A stretch of DNA of 57,281 nt, filler included, from Platydemus manokwari (Eukaryota), in assembly GCA_037951405.1 (NCBI GenBank). It is 5 parts of 5 records of this genome, joined end to end, with 100 filler letters (N's around TTAATTAATTAA, not from the genome) between each part and the next. Parts side by side here need not be neighbours in the genome. Positions count along the whole stretch, not along the records: positions 31,255 to 48,142 come from JBBMOY011136994.1; 4 more parts are not named here. The stretch is one strand, 5' to 3'. Below are positions 31,300-45,278 of this stretch, piece by piece. Below the pieces are notes generated by a model. The model had not been told where the DNA came from. It was given only the letters and a program-made list of their open reading frames with translations, and did not search any database. Positions within the stretch are counted from its first letter, which is position 1. Each line of letters opens with the position of its first letter. The position numbers and the translations under genes were made by a program.

Positions 31300-32600
31300 A
31301 TTGTGAAATTTATTACCATTTTTAAATGGAATTTTGGTTTTGAAAGGTTGAAATGACTTATACCACTTTCGTAATCAAGGGGTCATATAGTTTCTTCTCA
31401 AATTTATTTTACTTTATGCGATTAGCATTGAGAACTAATGAAATTGAAAATATTGAAATATCAAGTTTAATTAAATAACATATTAGTAGATAAAACAGAT
31501 GAAAAAAAATAGACTAGATACATGACAAAACTAAATAAGATCCATATAAAGACAATGAAGGTTTTTAAAGAATGAAAGCCTTTTATAATTAAAAAAAATA
31601 AATTTCCGTTAAAACAATTATTTGGATATTTGGAAAGTTAAAAGAGATTGTTTTATCTAATAATTATTAGGTTCACTTTAAACAGCAATATAGAAGACAA
31701 GAAAATATTTTATGGAACAAAAAGTGAAGGAAAATTAACTATGAAGTCATTAGAGTTTTATATGCCAGAGTTAACTTTAAATCCAGAAAATGAATTAAGT
31801 TTATTAGAAGGACTAAATGCTGATGATATTCCTGTTTTGCTAAATAAATAGATATTCAGATTTTATTAGTATTCCAAAAGGGATTAATATTAATTGTGTT
31901 AGCAGCATAACCAAAATAATAGCAGATTTAGGTGGAGCTGCAGGAGTAACTAGCGGTTTCGCAACTGCAGTAAATCAAGCAAAACAAGCTAATGAAACAG
32001 ACTTAGAAATTGATGAAATAAAACAGGAAAACACCGGAGCTAAATGAGTTGGCACGCATTGAAATCCTTGTGAATTTGTATGATTTCATAAAAAATAGGT
32101 ATGAAAAATTACCATTTCTAAAACAGATTAAAGGTGAAGGAATTTATTTATCACCACATGGAAAATAAATTCTTGAATAAAAATGGAAGAATAATTAAAT
32201 AAAATAGTGATAACATCTACCAGTAATAAATCAGAATGGAGATTTGGTTTCCCAATACTTTTGAAATTAGGCGAAAGCCTTTATTACAAAATTGGCTTAA
32301 TGTCGATAAGTATTTTTAATTCTGTGTATAGTATTAATCTCAATAATAATTCTTTTGAATACGAGAATACAATATATAAAACTTCACCAAGTGCTCGAGA
32401 AATTCCTGATATAAATGAAAGGATACAAAAAAGTGTTGGGGTTTATAAAATATATAATATTCCTCAATTTGGTGGTAATATAAGCCAATGTATAATATAA
32501 AAATAGAACCTGAGAAAACTACATTAAAATGCTTACAGATTACAAAAGGAAATATAAAATGGATTTCTGGCCAAGTTGACGCGTTAGACACTTAAATAGT
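31300..32600 (+). mobile_element. Polinton/Maverick (adintovirus-like) remnant: major capsid, core protein and penton fragments
   Basis: MCP-like PLKQLFGYLES...KLTMKSLEFYMPELTLNPENELSLL; core-like LGGAAGVTSGFATAVNQAKQ...KGEGIYLSPHGK*; penton-like ITSTSNKSEW.F..P...Y.IGL.S...FNSVYSIN.NNNSF. Disabled by stops and deletions. Confidence 0.7.
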
Positions 32601-34967
32601 TTAACAGTAATGTTGAACCATTTCGTTTTAAAAACACCAAGTAGATTTGGAGATTAGAGCAATCAATTACTTTAAGATTAATCACTGGATTGGAGTTTGA
32701 ATTTGACGGGGATGTCGTTCGTCTTCTTATAAACGATTTTGTTTGGGATACGCAAATAATTGAAGAGAAACGTAAGCGCCAAGCGACGCGTATTCTTCAC
32801 CAAGCACTTGTAGACTCTTATTGGCTTGAAGTTATAATTCAGGTTTTCTTAGAAGCAAAATTTGCAAACTTTTGAGATTAAATATAAATGTGTAGAGCGG
32901 TCAGATTACTGGCTATGTGTGGCGCTTTAAACACCACGGTAAGCTTTACATGCTCCCTTTGAACGTTAGTGTCTTCGAGAAAGACCCTCTTAAATTAAGA
33001 TGCCTTCGATGCTTTGTCGGGGAAGAGTCTCTGACACTTGTGTTAAAGTCATCTGTGCATTGCATGGTTTTTATTGTTCAAAGACATGATTATTAAATGA
33101 GATTGGTTAACCAATTTCTTAATTCACCGGATCTTATGGTCAATATAAAAGAAAGAGTATTAAACCTCAAACGGTGTGACACTGTTTCTAGACTTAAGAT
33201 GGATCTCTTTATGGAAAATAGCTTGAATTATCGGATGTTCTAGGTGAATAACAAATACTCGCTCGACAAGAACCGGCTGATGGAATAAGCTGATAAAGGA
33301 AATTTAGGTAATTATACATCACTGCGGGATATGATAAAGCAGTACAAGCCTAATTTTACTGTAAATATTCAGAGTTTCGTGGTGGGGTCTTTAGGTTTGA
33401 TTCCTTAGAAGGCTCTCAATTTCCTCAAAGAAATATCGGGGAGAGGAATGTCAACAAACTCACAAAATTATTGTCCACCTCGAATACCCGATCTGGAAAC
33501 ACCATCAAATGGAGGTTGCTCTTAAAGTAAGTTCCTACAAGTTAAAGGGGATTCTCAACTTCACGGACATTAGTTATTACTTTCGAGTTCCGGCTAAACA
33601 CTCGGCAGTGACTAAACTCAATTTCCAAGCTTTAGTTTAAATCAAGGGGTAATACACTGCTCTTCGAGTCCTTGCCAAAAATAGAAGACTGTGAGCAAGA
33701 TCTGATAATCCAAGCTGTAGTCTCGGCAGATGATCAATGATGCCCTTCCATGGTCTCAATGGAGAGTTTCTTCCAGAATGTCATATTCGGATAAACAGTT
33801 GTGATTTAGTTTTGAGGTTTTATGTTCTTTAGGTATAATCTTTTCAGATAATTCACAACGTATGGAATAAGCATCACGGAAGATACCACCGAATCGAGCT
33901 TTAAAGTTGCAGATCCGTCAGCGTTAATGCTCTCACTGATGATTTGTGGGAAAAACAGTACTTGAGACTCAAGGTAAAACAGAGTACAATTACCAGAATT
34001 CCCGAAAAATCTGACTTTGTCAAAATAGTTATTGATAATTATTCAGATCATCAACACTGAATCAAAGCGGATGATCCTAATTCAGCGCTCAGAAGAATTC
34101 ACGATTCAACTTCTAAGAAGCAGGTAGACTATCTATCTTGTTTTGTGATTTTTTTATATCCTTAGGGTAGTCTGAGATTAGTACTTTTCTTGATTCCATG
34201 ATCAAACCTTCTTATTGTCCTATATTGATTCTCGTTGAGTGTGCTGCCTTGTGGTCATGCAGCCCTCAACCTCATAACTAGTCGAACATCCCAAACATTA
34301 CATGTAATATGTTATATAATAAATCTTATAAGGAGTTGAAATGATTTTTGCGGTTCAAATTCAAGCTAAAGTTCATTTCCTATGAAATAAAGATTTAATA
34401 GAAATTCATTTTATCTGACAGAGAAAACATGGTCTATCATGAATCTGTTATTAAAATTGAAATCAGAATAATTTTCGAGAATTAAGCATTAAAAATATAA
34501 TAAAATATATTATCCATGTATATTAATGAGTAGTTTAATTATCAACTAATAATGAAATAATAAAAACGGTATATTTATTGTATCCCCATCTCACTGGATT
34601 TTATTTATTTATTTATTATTATTATTATTTATTGATGCGACCACAATCCATTTTGGTTTTCCTTTACTTTCGAAACTAAGTGACTATTTAATGTATTATA
34701 TTAGGAACATATTTTTACTGACATTTCAAAATATTAACCGATCTGGTGTCCCAAATCATTTTGCTCCGACAATTTTAATTTATGAATTTTCTCCCAGCTT
34801 TAAACTCATGTATATTTACGAATATTTATTCGATTTTAATTTCGATAACAAATTGGAACCACACATTCTATTTCCTATCAAGATGTTACAAAATATTAAT
34901 ATAAATATATTTTTAAAAAAATGTGGAGATTATGGCAACCAATGCAGAGAAGAAAATTCTTTTGAAT

Positions 34968-35499
34968 TGTGAAAATTCGTCACAATAAAGAATAAAAGCA
35001 ACTCGCATATTTTTATTCAACCCGAATAAAACCCCATTGTCACCACAACCATATATAAGGCAGTTAAAACATCATATGCCTTCGACATCCGCCTGTTACA
35101 AAAAGAAGCCCTTGTTTTGTAAGAAACCACTACAATAGTGTGTAGTGAAGATTCGTGAAGATAGAAGACTCGAAGTTAATTATCGCCACCAAAGCCGTCA
35201 ATTTCTCTGCAGCCGTTGTTCCAGCATATGCCCTATATTGCTTATAGGAAGAGTATCGAATAATACTAGCGATTTCCGAAGTGAAGATCACGTAAGAGTA
35301 ATAGTTTGTAAAATCATCATATTTTGCACATCAAATTATTCCAACGTTAATTGTATATTCGTAGTAATTCATAATCATAATTGTATAACAGTATTGTATA
35401 AGTAGTAATTTATAACCCCATAAGTGTATAATTATAGTCACAATATAAATTCAAAACACAATTTGAGTTGACTTAATGAATTCTTATAAGGTATCACAA
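34968..35499 (+). repeat. Possible solo LTR
   Basis: TGTGA...TCACA termini with an internal TATATAAGG; no TSD found. Confidence 0.35.
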
Positions 35500-38234
35500 T
35501 TTCATAGTAGTGATCGTCATTGTCATATACCACCTTTAACTTTTATTGGGAATAATTTTGGTTAATTAAAAAGAGACTGATTTAAAAACGAGTGAAAGTA
35601 AATAGTATCAAAATTAGTAGGATAAAGTTAAAGTTAAAATACCAAAATCGATTACTACGCCGATCCACTTATCGTCATATAAGAAGTGATCGTCGAGGCG
35701 AAAGAACATCAATAATCATAAGGTTTCACTGCTGCCTGAGGGTCAATAACGGACTCAGAGCACTGATTAAGTCGTAGAATCGATTCAGTCAATTAAAACA
35801 AACAAATAATAATAACAAGAAAAGAGAGTGACCCCAAAACGAAAAATCTGTCATAATTTTATTCAGTTTCCTATAAGTTTTGAATTGAAATATTTTTATT
35901 AATTATTCATCTCTAGTGCAATTTAGTCGAACCCATCAATCATCATCGTAAGAATGATAAATGCAATAATAATAATATATCAAAGATTATAATCTGGTAT
36001 TTATCAAAATTGTATGTGTGCTATTCAATGCCAAATCTGGGTTATCATAATTACAAACTTTGAAAGCTATTGTTGATAAATATCGTGTCATTATCATGAG
36101 ACATTCATTACGAATATCATTTTGTACATTGTATCATACATGAATGGTATTATTAAAATAATATATCAAAGTTTATTTGATATAATTCTCAATTTATGAC
36201 CAAATCAAATGATTTATGAGTACCCCTCGATAACACTAATAAACTATATTAATATCGATTAAACTGTCGATTTTATCACTCACTATTCGATAGATCTGTT
36301 TATGGAGGGGTTTAAGTTGTTCATCATTTAAAACTGGACATTAAAAATGAATATTTTTGATAGAAATTCATTGAAAAGAAAATTACGAAACGAAAATGTG
36401 AGACAAAATCTTATACAGCATAAAATCAAAAAAATTTCCGATTAATAAAATTCAAAAATATAAGGATTAGTTAACAAAATTAAAATCAATTTGAGCTTAA
36501 AAGCTTAAAATGAGTAGATAATATCCGTAATAAGAAACTCTTAACGAAAGTTGGACTCAAATATTGGTATGAAATAGCAGATGTTTCCTAAGTAGGGAAA
36601 GCCAAATCCTATTACAAATAATTAGTTACAAGAAATACAATAACCAACTTGGATGTAACTAGAGGAATGTTATATAAAGACGGAATTAAAACCTGACAAA
36701 GAAAGAAAAGCAAAGATAAACCTTGACAACAAAGAATTAAGCATAAACAAATTCTAACCAATTACAAGTAAGCTAAAAGAGTAACACTTAATTACAAATA
36801 TATGCTAAATTACAGGGAAACTTGCACAGAAATGACTGTCGAGGACAATGGTCAATGAATAATTAATTATCGAGAATCTTAAGATCCGTTTCACTGGAAT
36901 AATGCAAGATTCAATGGCTTTGTTAATTCTTCATCTAATTTGCATTCAATCGACAGTTTTTACTTAGTTTGAATAATGATTCCCGGGAGAGTAATATTTA
37001 TTTCGATGTAAGAAGAGCATTTAGTAACTTTCTAAGATAAAGATCCCTTTACACCTTTTTGACTGGGCCTGGATCTCATTAGTTCTTGTCTCGAGTTGAA
37101 TTGTTTTGCTGCTTATAATTCTATTATTAAACACACTGATATTTATACCAGGAAATCATTAACCTGTAATCTACTTTCTCCCAGGAGTCAGAAATCAGTT
37201 CTCAATCATTATCATAATAAGTACAAGTATCATCGGATATACATAAATATTGATACACTGTTATTATATTCGCCAATTAAATCTTATCAAGCGAATGGAA
37301 TAATTTTTACAAATGTTCGTCAATTAATCAAACTGACGAGTACTCAATATTGTTTGATATCAAACCTTTATTATTAACCTTTAAAATTGTGTCATTGTTC
37401 ATGTTACTAAATTAAGATTCTCATGCCATGATAAATGATGGAATATTACTGATTAGTTGACTCATGGGCGCCAAGACATTTTGTTCAAAACATTGACAGA
37501 ACAATATTAATAAAATGTCGTGGACAACAGTAATATTATTGTTTAGATCTTGTGTTTGACCTTACATTGTCATTGATTGGTGATCATGTTTTCAGAATGA
37601 TTCAATAATATTGAAATCATCTATTTCTGATAAAAACCATTAAAGCAAACACCCACCTAGATATGTTCATGCACAGAACATCTATGCCATTCATTTACAC
37701 GACATATATTGATTGTTGTCAATTTCAAGTTTAATCAGTGGCATTTAATAGCACCACTCATGTCGATGTTGTTTATTTGCCATTGATCGATATGCTGATT
37801 TTCATATCAAAAATATGAATTCATTGAAATGTGTGACACCAATTATCTCTAATTTTAAAATCTAATCATATTCAGCCTTATGGTAAAAATCAAAGGTAAA
37901 TCTCAGCCTTAATAATAAAATATTCAAACCAAGCCAATTTTCAATTACTCTCAATAGTTATATAACCGAGTTTGAAATTTTTTTTCTTTTTTAAAATTTG
38001 TTTTTAAATATTTTAAAATGGCCTAAGTTAAGAAAAAGGTCCTTTGACCTTCTTTTGTTATAATGAATTTTCGCGCATCAGATATTTTTATAACTTAATT
38101 TTATATATAACTGCTATGTTTGATTTATTCGTCTAATTCAGTTAATATCTCACTTTTTAAGATGTCTAATAGTGACAAAACATAGTTTTAAAGCCAAGTT
38201 CCCATTCTAATCACGACATTTCTATATGATTATT

Positions 38235-38625
38235 TGAGGTTTTAAATTTACATTTTTATAATTATAAATCGAGTTAGTTAATTACAGCCATGTTTAATAA
38301 TATCATTGGTTATTTTTATAAAATAATTGTAAATATTGAGAATATCTCTCAGCTTGCTTCTAATGTTAAAAAAGGGGTCCTCGCTAATTTCCAATAAATT
38401 GCAATTCGACCTACTTTTATCCGTTTTTCAAATAATCCAATTTTAGGAGATTTTAGAGCTCTGGTGTATTTAATATTTGATGTCAAACAACTAAAATTCT
38501 TCTTAAGTGTTTGAATAAAAAATTCAAAATCTTTTTAAAGAATATAATTAAATAAACTATATAGAATTTAGCAATGCACTCAACAAATTTAAAATTTCAT
38601 TTTAGAACCCTTTTTAATTTTAGCC
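38235..38625 (-). repeat. Dispersed repeat, copy C (probable LINE 3' fragment)
   Basis: Matches copies A and B. The minus strand reads IGLFEK/TDKSRSNCNLLEISEDPF across a frameshift, reminiscent of the Cys-rich C-terminus of LINE ORF2. Confidence 0.65.
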
Positions 38626-38794
38626 CAAATTTTTCTTTTCTCATTTAACATATCATGTCATCACACGATGTTCACATATAAAGTGCAATAGTGACTGTCA
38701 TAAAGCCATTATGATTTCTCAATATTTTCTCATTAAATTATATTTTTATAGAAGCGAATAAAAATAAAAATTCACAAATGAAAAATATTGAAAC

Positions 38795-39719
38795 CTCCGA
38801 TAATTCATTCTCATTGGGTGAATTCATAACGTTTTGTAATTGCCCATCTTTCAGTTCCCATAGAGAATGGTTGATATGGAAACCATTAGCCGATTGTTGC
38901 GTCAATGGCACACTCATGTAGCTGGCTATCATTCCCATTTCATCAGCTGCATATTTCGACATCTCTCTAAAAAACCACTCATTGTCTACCGATTGCAATC
39001 CAAAATAAGGTTTCAAAGAAATTTCAATTTGTCCTTGCCCGTCTTCAAGATTCCAGCTATCTATTTCGATGTCTGGAATGATTCAACAACAATTCATATG
39101 CAAAAAGACTTATATAAGCTATACCTAGCTTATTCATCTGCCTTTGTAGGTTTCTAATATAGGGCAAGATTAGTGTTTTTTGCATGAATTGATCATAAGA
39201 ATAAATCTTGTCAGGATATGGCCGTAGAGAAACTTTATCAAACAACCGGAATTCATTTTCAACTCCAACAAAAAGTGAATAACCCGACGTTTCAAGCTCC
39301 TTCGTGAAAGAAAATAGTGAAAAAAAATTGATGAGTAAAGTAATAAACTTTAATCTTGGTTTTAGCAAGCAGGCGAGGATTGAACGGCCAAGGTTGATTA
39401 GTGTCGATATCATACGTATCGAAAAATGCCATTGCCAGTGTGTTGTCATGACACCAAGGACATACACGGATACTTTCTTTGTCCAATACGATATTTTTGT
39501 TGCAATAATGAGCATCTAAATTATTTTAATCTGCATGGAATTGACAAGAACAAATGTTCCCATACCTGTCAACTCCTTAATGGTCACTGGTACTTCACTA
39601 CGATTACCCAACACTTCTATCACTCCTATCATTTCTTCTTTCCCACTCAATAAGTCTTTGAATTTCTTGATTGGGAACATTTTTCCTCTGGCAATTCCAT
39701 TAATGTCCACACTGATAGG
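38795..39719 (-). CDS. Type-I glutamine synthetase-like / lengsin-like protein (internal exons)
   Basis: Phase-consistent exons 39719-39566 (SVDINGIARGK), 39515-39349 (IRVCPW...PFNPRLL), 39299-39125 (GVENEFRLF), 39072-38795 (EDGQGQIEISL...SANGFHINHSLW). First and last exons were not located. Confidence 0.85.
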
Positions 39720-40818
39720 CTGAGAATGAAATGATTTAATAAATGGAATCACCCAATATACCGTTATAATTCATGATTATCACACTGTCATTACAATGCC
39801 CACAATCAATTGTTAATCAGTACTTCATTCTGCTCTCACACATATTTAGCATAGCTCAATAAAAATAGAAACGAAATCGATAACATCACAACGATGAAAT
39901 ATAATTTGACAAAATTGTCACAATTTTTAGAGATCAAGAACATCTGACCCTTTTATTCGATTGGGCCTCCTACTCATTGAATTAATTTTAACTTGATACT
40001 GCTCTTCAAAGCAATTTTTCAACTCAATTTCTATCTCAATCTTTCTCTTAATATGATCACAGACTGGCCCATAGATACCAGTGACCATTAATTAATTAAC
40101 CATGCTTGATTAATCGTGTTAATTAACCTCCATTTTTTTTAAAATTATTTGACGAATCGAGACATTATTTCCAGCTTTTCCTATTTTCTTGATGTCGAAC
40201 ACGAGTTATTTATATGCATATCAATACTTATGACTTCAAATATCCATTTATTCCTTCATATTATTCAGTCGCTCTATAATGACGTCAGCATGCACATTCC
40301 TAGCTAACGTAGGTCATTTATGTGTCCAACTAATTAAATCGTAGCCATCACTGATGGCGAATCATTTAATAATCAAATTATCTCTACGAAATCAGCTAGC
40401 AATGGCACCGATTTTCTGTTCAGAGAATATATAAATTTAAATAATCGAATCGAAACTTTTGGAAAAAATATTCCTTTAATGCCTCGAATTACATTTATAA
40501 GGGGATTAGAATAATTCCATTTCAAGGGGATTATTTATCATTGATTTGTGGAAATTTTATTTTATGGAAATAAAAGGAAATATGATATTGATATTAATGG
40601 AATATCGATTTCATATTGGTTTGTGTCAATATACAACATAAATGCTGTTTCAATATTTACAGAATATCTCCAAAAATGTTTTATGCATATGTACAATTAG
40701 CCCACATGTTAACTAAATACGACCACATGAATGAAAGGAAAAGGAATTTTTCTGTAAATCTTCCCATATGAACATTTTTCATCACTAACTCATGAATAAG
40801 CAATCATTTGGTTTTATT

Positions 40819-41080
40819 TATCGGTTTGTTTATGGTCTCTTTCGAGGGCTTTTCTTGTCTATAGCATTATCTATCGATTTGTTTATGGTCTCTTTCGAGA
40901 GCTTTTCTTGTCTATAGCATTATCTATCGGTTTGTTTATGGTCTCTTTCGAGAGCTTTTCTTGTCTATAGCATTATCTATCGGTTTGTTTATGGTCTCTT
41001 TCGAGGGCTTTTCTTGTCTATAGCATTATCTATCGGTTTGTTTATGGTCTCTTTCGAGGGCTTTTCTTGTCTATAGCATT
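40819..41080. repeat. 53-bp minisatellite, about 4.9 copies
   Basis: Unit TATCGGTTTGTTTATGGTCTCTTTCGAG(G/A)GCTTTTCTTGTCTATAGCATTATC starts at 40819, 40872, 40925, 40978 and 41031. Confidence 0.95.
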
Positions 41081-44000
41081 TCCAAAAGTTCTTCAATGAA
41101 ATTGGTATAAATTCACTCCATAATAAATTTCCTAAAATGAAAAATCCTTATCTGGTCTCGTCTCATACACTTTGAGATGGGTTAATCATTTTAATGCATG
41201 ACACCATTCCCCGACATTACTCGATGACATTTGTTTTCCTATCTCTAGACATCAGACACTTCACCTTAAAACCAATGAAGAGCATTTACATAACAGACAT
41301 CATTCTGACATCACAAATATTGCCAACAACTATAGCGACAATTTTACTCTCCTAATTGCTCATATCAATCACCAGCAGTAGCAGATAAAAATTATTTGTT
41401 CTACAAATCAGCATTTACAACCAGCTTTCATTCCACAATGCGTGCATCAATGAACTACTGAATTATTCTACATGCATTTTTATCAGATCGTTAACGAAAT
41501 ATTGAGCCAATTTTCGAAGAAATTGAGTGTGGATAATTATTGGAACCATTCATGGCACCATACGTCATCATTAGTACGAGCATCTAAATCATTTTAATTC
41601 GACGATATTCGTGGTTAATGTCGAAGTATTTGTCGATAATCGTGAAGAATCTTTACATGCAAAGCAATAAATGAAATCTCACTTGGATAAAATCGACTTC
41701 CTTTGGTAGATCCATCATTTGAATAAGTTCAACAATATTCGTGGAGAAATTGAAATTCGATAGCCTGACATCCAATTGGTTTCTGTTGCAGTTATTTGTA
41801 CATGTGTTGGCATGTGTGGTGTTTTGATGTGTGTTTCGATGAAATGTGTGTGTCGATGAAATGTGTGTGTGTATATGACATTGAAGGTATTCGGGATAAA
41901 AAATCCATAACTTCTGGTGAACACAAGCGAGTACTAATCTGTGTAGAATGTCAAATAGCAGAATTGAAATTAAAATTTTTCGAGATGATCAATAAACAGA
42001 AGGAATTTTAACGGGTCAAATGAGTTAATGGAAAGTTTCATCAATTAATGTGGAAAAGAAAGATTCTTGGAGGTGGAAAATGCTATTAATTATAACCAAA
42101 ATTGGTCTATAATGCTTGTTATGTAGGATATAATTATAATTGCGATACCCGATAGGTTTTCTACATCTGGTGTAATGTGCATGTAAATATTTGTCATGTA
42201 ATTCAATGGAAAGGCAAAATAATTAATAATGCTTACAATTGAAAAGTCAAATCTTTGACAAATGAAGTTCCTCTGCTCTAGCTATCGACCAATTTCACTC
42301 TTCCATCATCGAAACGCATGTGGCTAATTCATAGTTTATAGATTATTATAAATTTAACATGAATATTGGGCTTGTATCAGTCTATCAATGGTGGCATTAA
42401 TTTTACTGAAGGGATAATAACGTGGAATTTCCGATGTTTCCCCCTGTTACACTTCAAATATTAAAGATAAATAAAAGAAAAAGAAATCAAGCAATGCTAA
42501 TAATTATAAAAACCAAATTTTCTGTACATCAATAATTTTATCAATAAGAATCAATTAATTTGTGCTTCTGAACGTTTTCATACTCTTAGTCTTACAGCTT
42601 GAATAATGACCAAATACCATTACGTAAGTGTAGCCACAAATCAGAAAGATTTTCTTTGTCTTTTTCCATTGGAATGCAATATCTAGATTTTCTAAATATT
42701 TCCAACTGTAATCTCCATTTAATGATTTATCAATATCAATCGATAATAATCATTATTAATATTATATCGTCACAATAATATCGTTGAAAATCACTCAGAA
42801 ATCATCAAATATTTCATAAAATTCGTAAAACGAACTTTTTAAATACTGTGTTTTACAATGGCAACCATTGTTCCAAGATCATTATTATTTCATTCCATAG
42901 AATTATTTTTCTATCATCATAATTCCATTGATCCGGAAACATTGTAATTCTATATTTTAAATAAAACGATATAGCATGAAAAATAATCGAAACAATGAGG
43001 TCATTTGGTTCACTTTATCCCAATAATAACAACTAATGAATTAATTCAATTTTCCGTGACGACAAAAGAAGATGTATCTTGTAGTCACACACATACACCT
43101 CGTCATGGAAACCATATATTAAGCTGTGTGTTTCTTCCTACACCAATCAATTGAATTTCAACAAATAATTGTTCGATAGCAACATAATTGATGTTATTGA
43201 AAACGCGGAGCCAAAACTCAGGTTAAAAAACATCTTTCCAATAATTTTATCATCAATACAAGTTGTGATTAAATCAATTGTATATCGATTTTGAATAATT
43301 ATTCGACAACCTCCTAAATAGGATCAGAAATAAAGTGAATAATTATTGTTTATAAATACTAGATAGGTACACTACTTATATAAACGCTACTCACTATGAC
43401 TAGATGCCATCTATACTCTTATCATTCCTGTTTATCCACCATCTGAAAAAATGTATAAATTGCTGAAGGAATTCAGCACAATCACTTAACAAACCAAATA
43501 GAAATACGATATTTATTAAGATTTGTAATGGCGAGGATTCAATGTAATCCAGTGATTTCAGTCAACATTTGCAATGGGAAAATAAGAAGTCTTTTACAAT
43601 GGAATCTACAATGCAGGCGGAATTGTAAACAAGAAACTAAATCCACCATTAACCACGTGGTTAAAATACACAGTCATTACTATTGGATATAGTTTATTTT
43701 ACAGCCCAATCCATAACATTTCATTTACTAGAAATGTTTAATTCATTCCACCTTCCATTGATATTCTTAATTTTGCCCGTATTGACCATCTTCTCTCAAC
43801 TACATTTTCTAAATGCTTCTCGATATTCTTTCAAATTCCATTGTCAGTTTAATTTTCAAAACGATTTTTATATACAGTGCAGGAAATGTGTTGTAGAAAT
43901 GTATGGTCCCAAGGACGAAGGTCTTCAAGATGCCATCCATTATTTTTGGTAGGCTAGTTAATATTATTATGGATATTATTATTATTTACTATAACTACAT

Positions 44001-45278
44001 GTACATGTTTCAGTAATCGTGCAAGATAATCTGACAATATCTCAATATGGACACATATCTCCATCATGACTGTGGATATGGATTATTTATTTTTGTCGAT
44101 TTGTCTCATATAATAGATGTCAGCAGACTCATTATATTATATTATATTGTATATACATGTCCAGGTGATAATATTGATTGGGTTCTAGCTTATTTAAACT
44201 AATGATTATGTTGAAACCTTTCCAACGTTACGCATCATTTGATCTGAAGCACCTTTGTTCATGGAAATCGATAGAGATGATGCGATATTATAGAGATTGC
44301 GGGTATCGACATAATAAACGCAACAACAAAATGTAAATGTTGAAAAAATTTTTAAAAAATGACATAAAGGTTAAAATTAAAATTAAATCACACCGTTTGA
44401 AGAAATTCTAGGAAAAGGAAATAATGAGAAATGGAGATATTATTAAGGGTCTTTCAATAGATGATTCTGGTGTTATCAAAGTGGTTAAATAACCATTAAC
44501 ATTGAGATGAGTTTCTCTCATTGCGTAATAGGTGTTCTATGAAGAGATCAAGGCATTGTTTAAAATATGAAAATCAATTTCATATTGTTATTATATCGAA
44601 TTGGGGATAAAACAAATAAAATCGAATATTTTGGACCATTTATCAGCTAATATTTTGACAAGTATGTCATAAGTGAGACATATTTGTGAGGAATCCTGAT
44701 GAGCTGATGATTGTTGGTCAAATATTTGTACCATGTAATTGATTATAATATCGCGTTCCCAGTATTAATAGATTTATTCTCTCCATCATCTATGAACATT
44801 ATCAGGAAATATTTTCGATATCATTATCGATTTGGCTCTGTTATAAATAAGAATTAAATGCGTATGAAGTGCTGATGTCAAATGTGTCAAAATAATATCG
44901 ATTTATTTTCAAGAATATTGATTCGAGTTTAATGTCAAAATCAATTCTATGAGATAAAGAACGATATAGCAACCAGACCGGAATAAATATTTCATCTCAA
45001 TACATTGATCCTTTTCTCAAATTTTAATATTCATAAAATTATCTCGAGACAGTTTATTTGCTAATTTCGATTTTGATTTAATTTTAAAATTTATCGATTT
45101 CATTGTCACGTATTTCAATGTTTCAATTTTTTATTTACAATTTCTCATCACGCATATATTGTGACCGATTTCGATATTTCATCATTTCTGTGATAACATT
45201 GGATCAGGACAACACATTATGGGCCATTTCATAACAATCTATCAGTTACAAATCACATCTATGCTTTATTATAGATAT

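Noticed and set aside
40819-41080. CRISPR-like array
   Set aside because: Head-to-tail repeats with no unique spacers, no cas genes, and a eukaryotic context.
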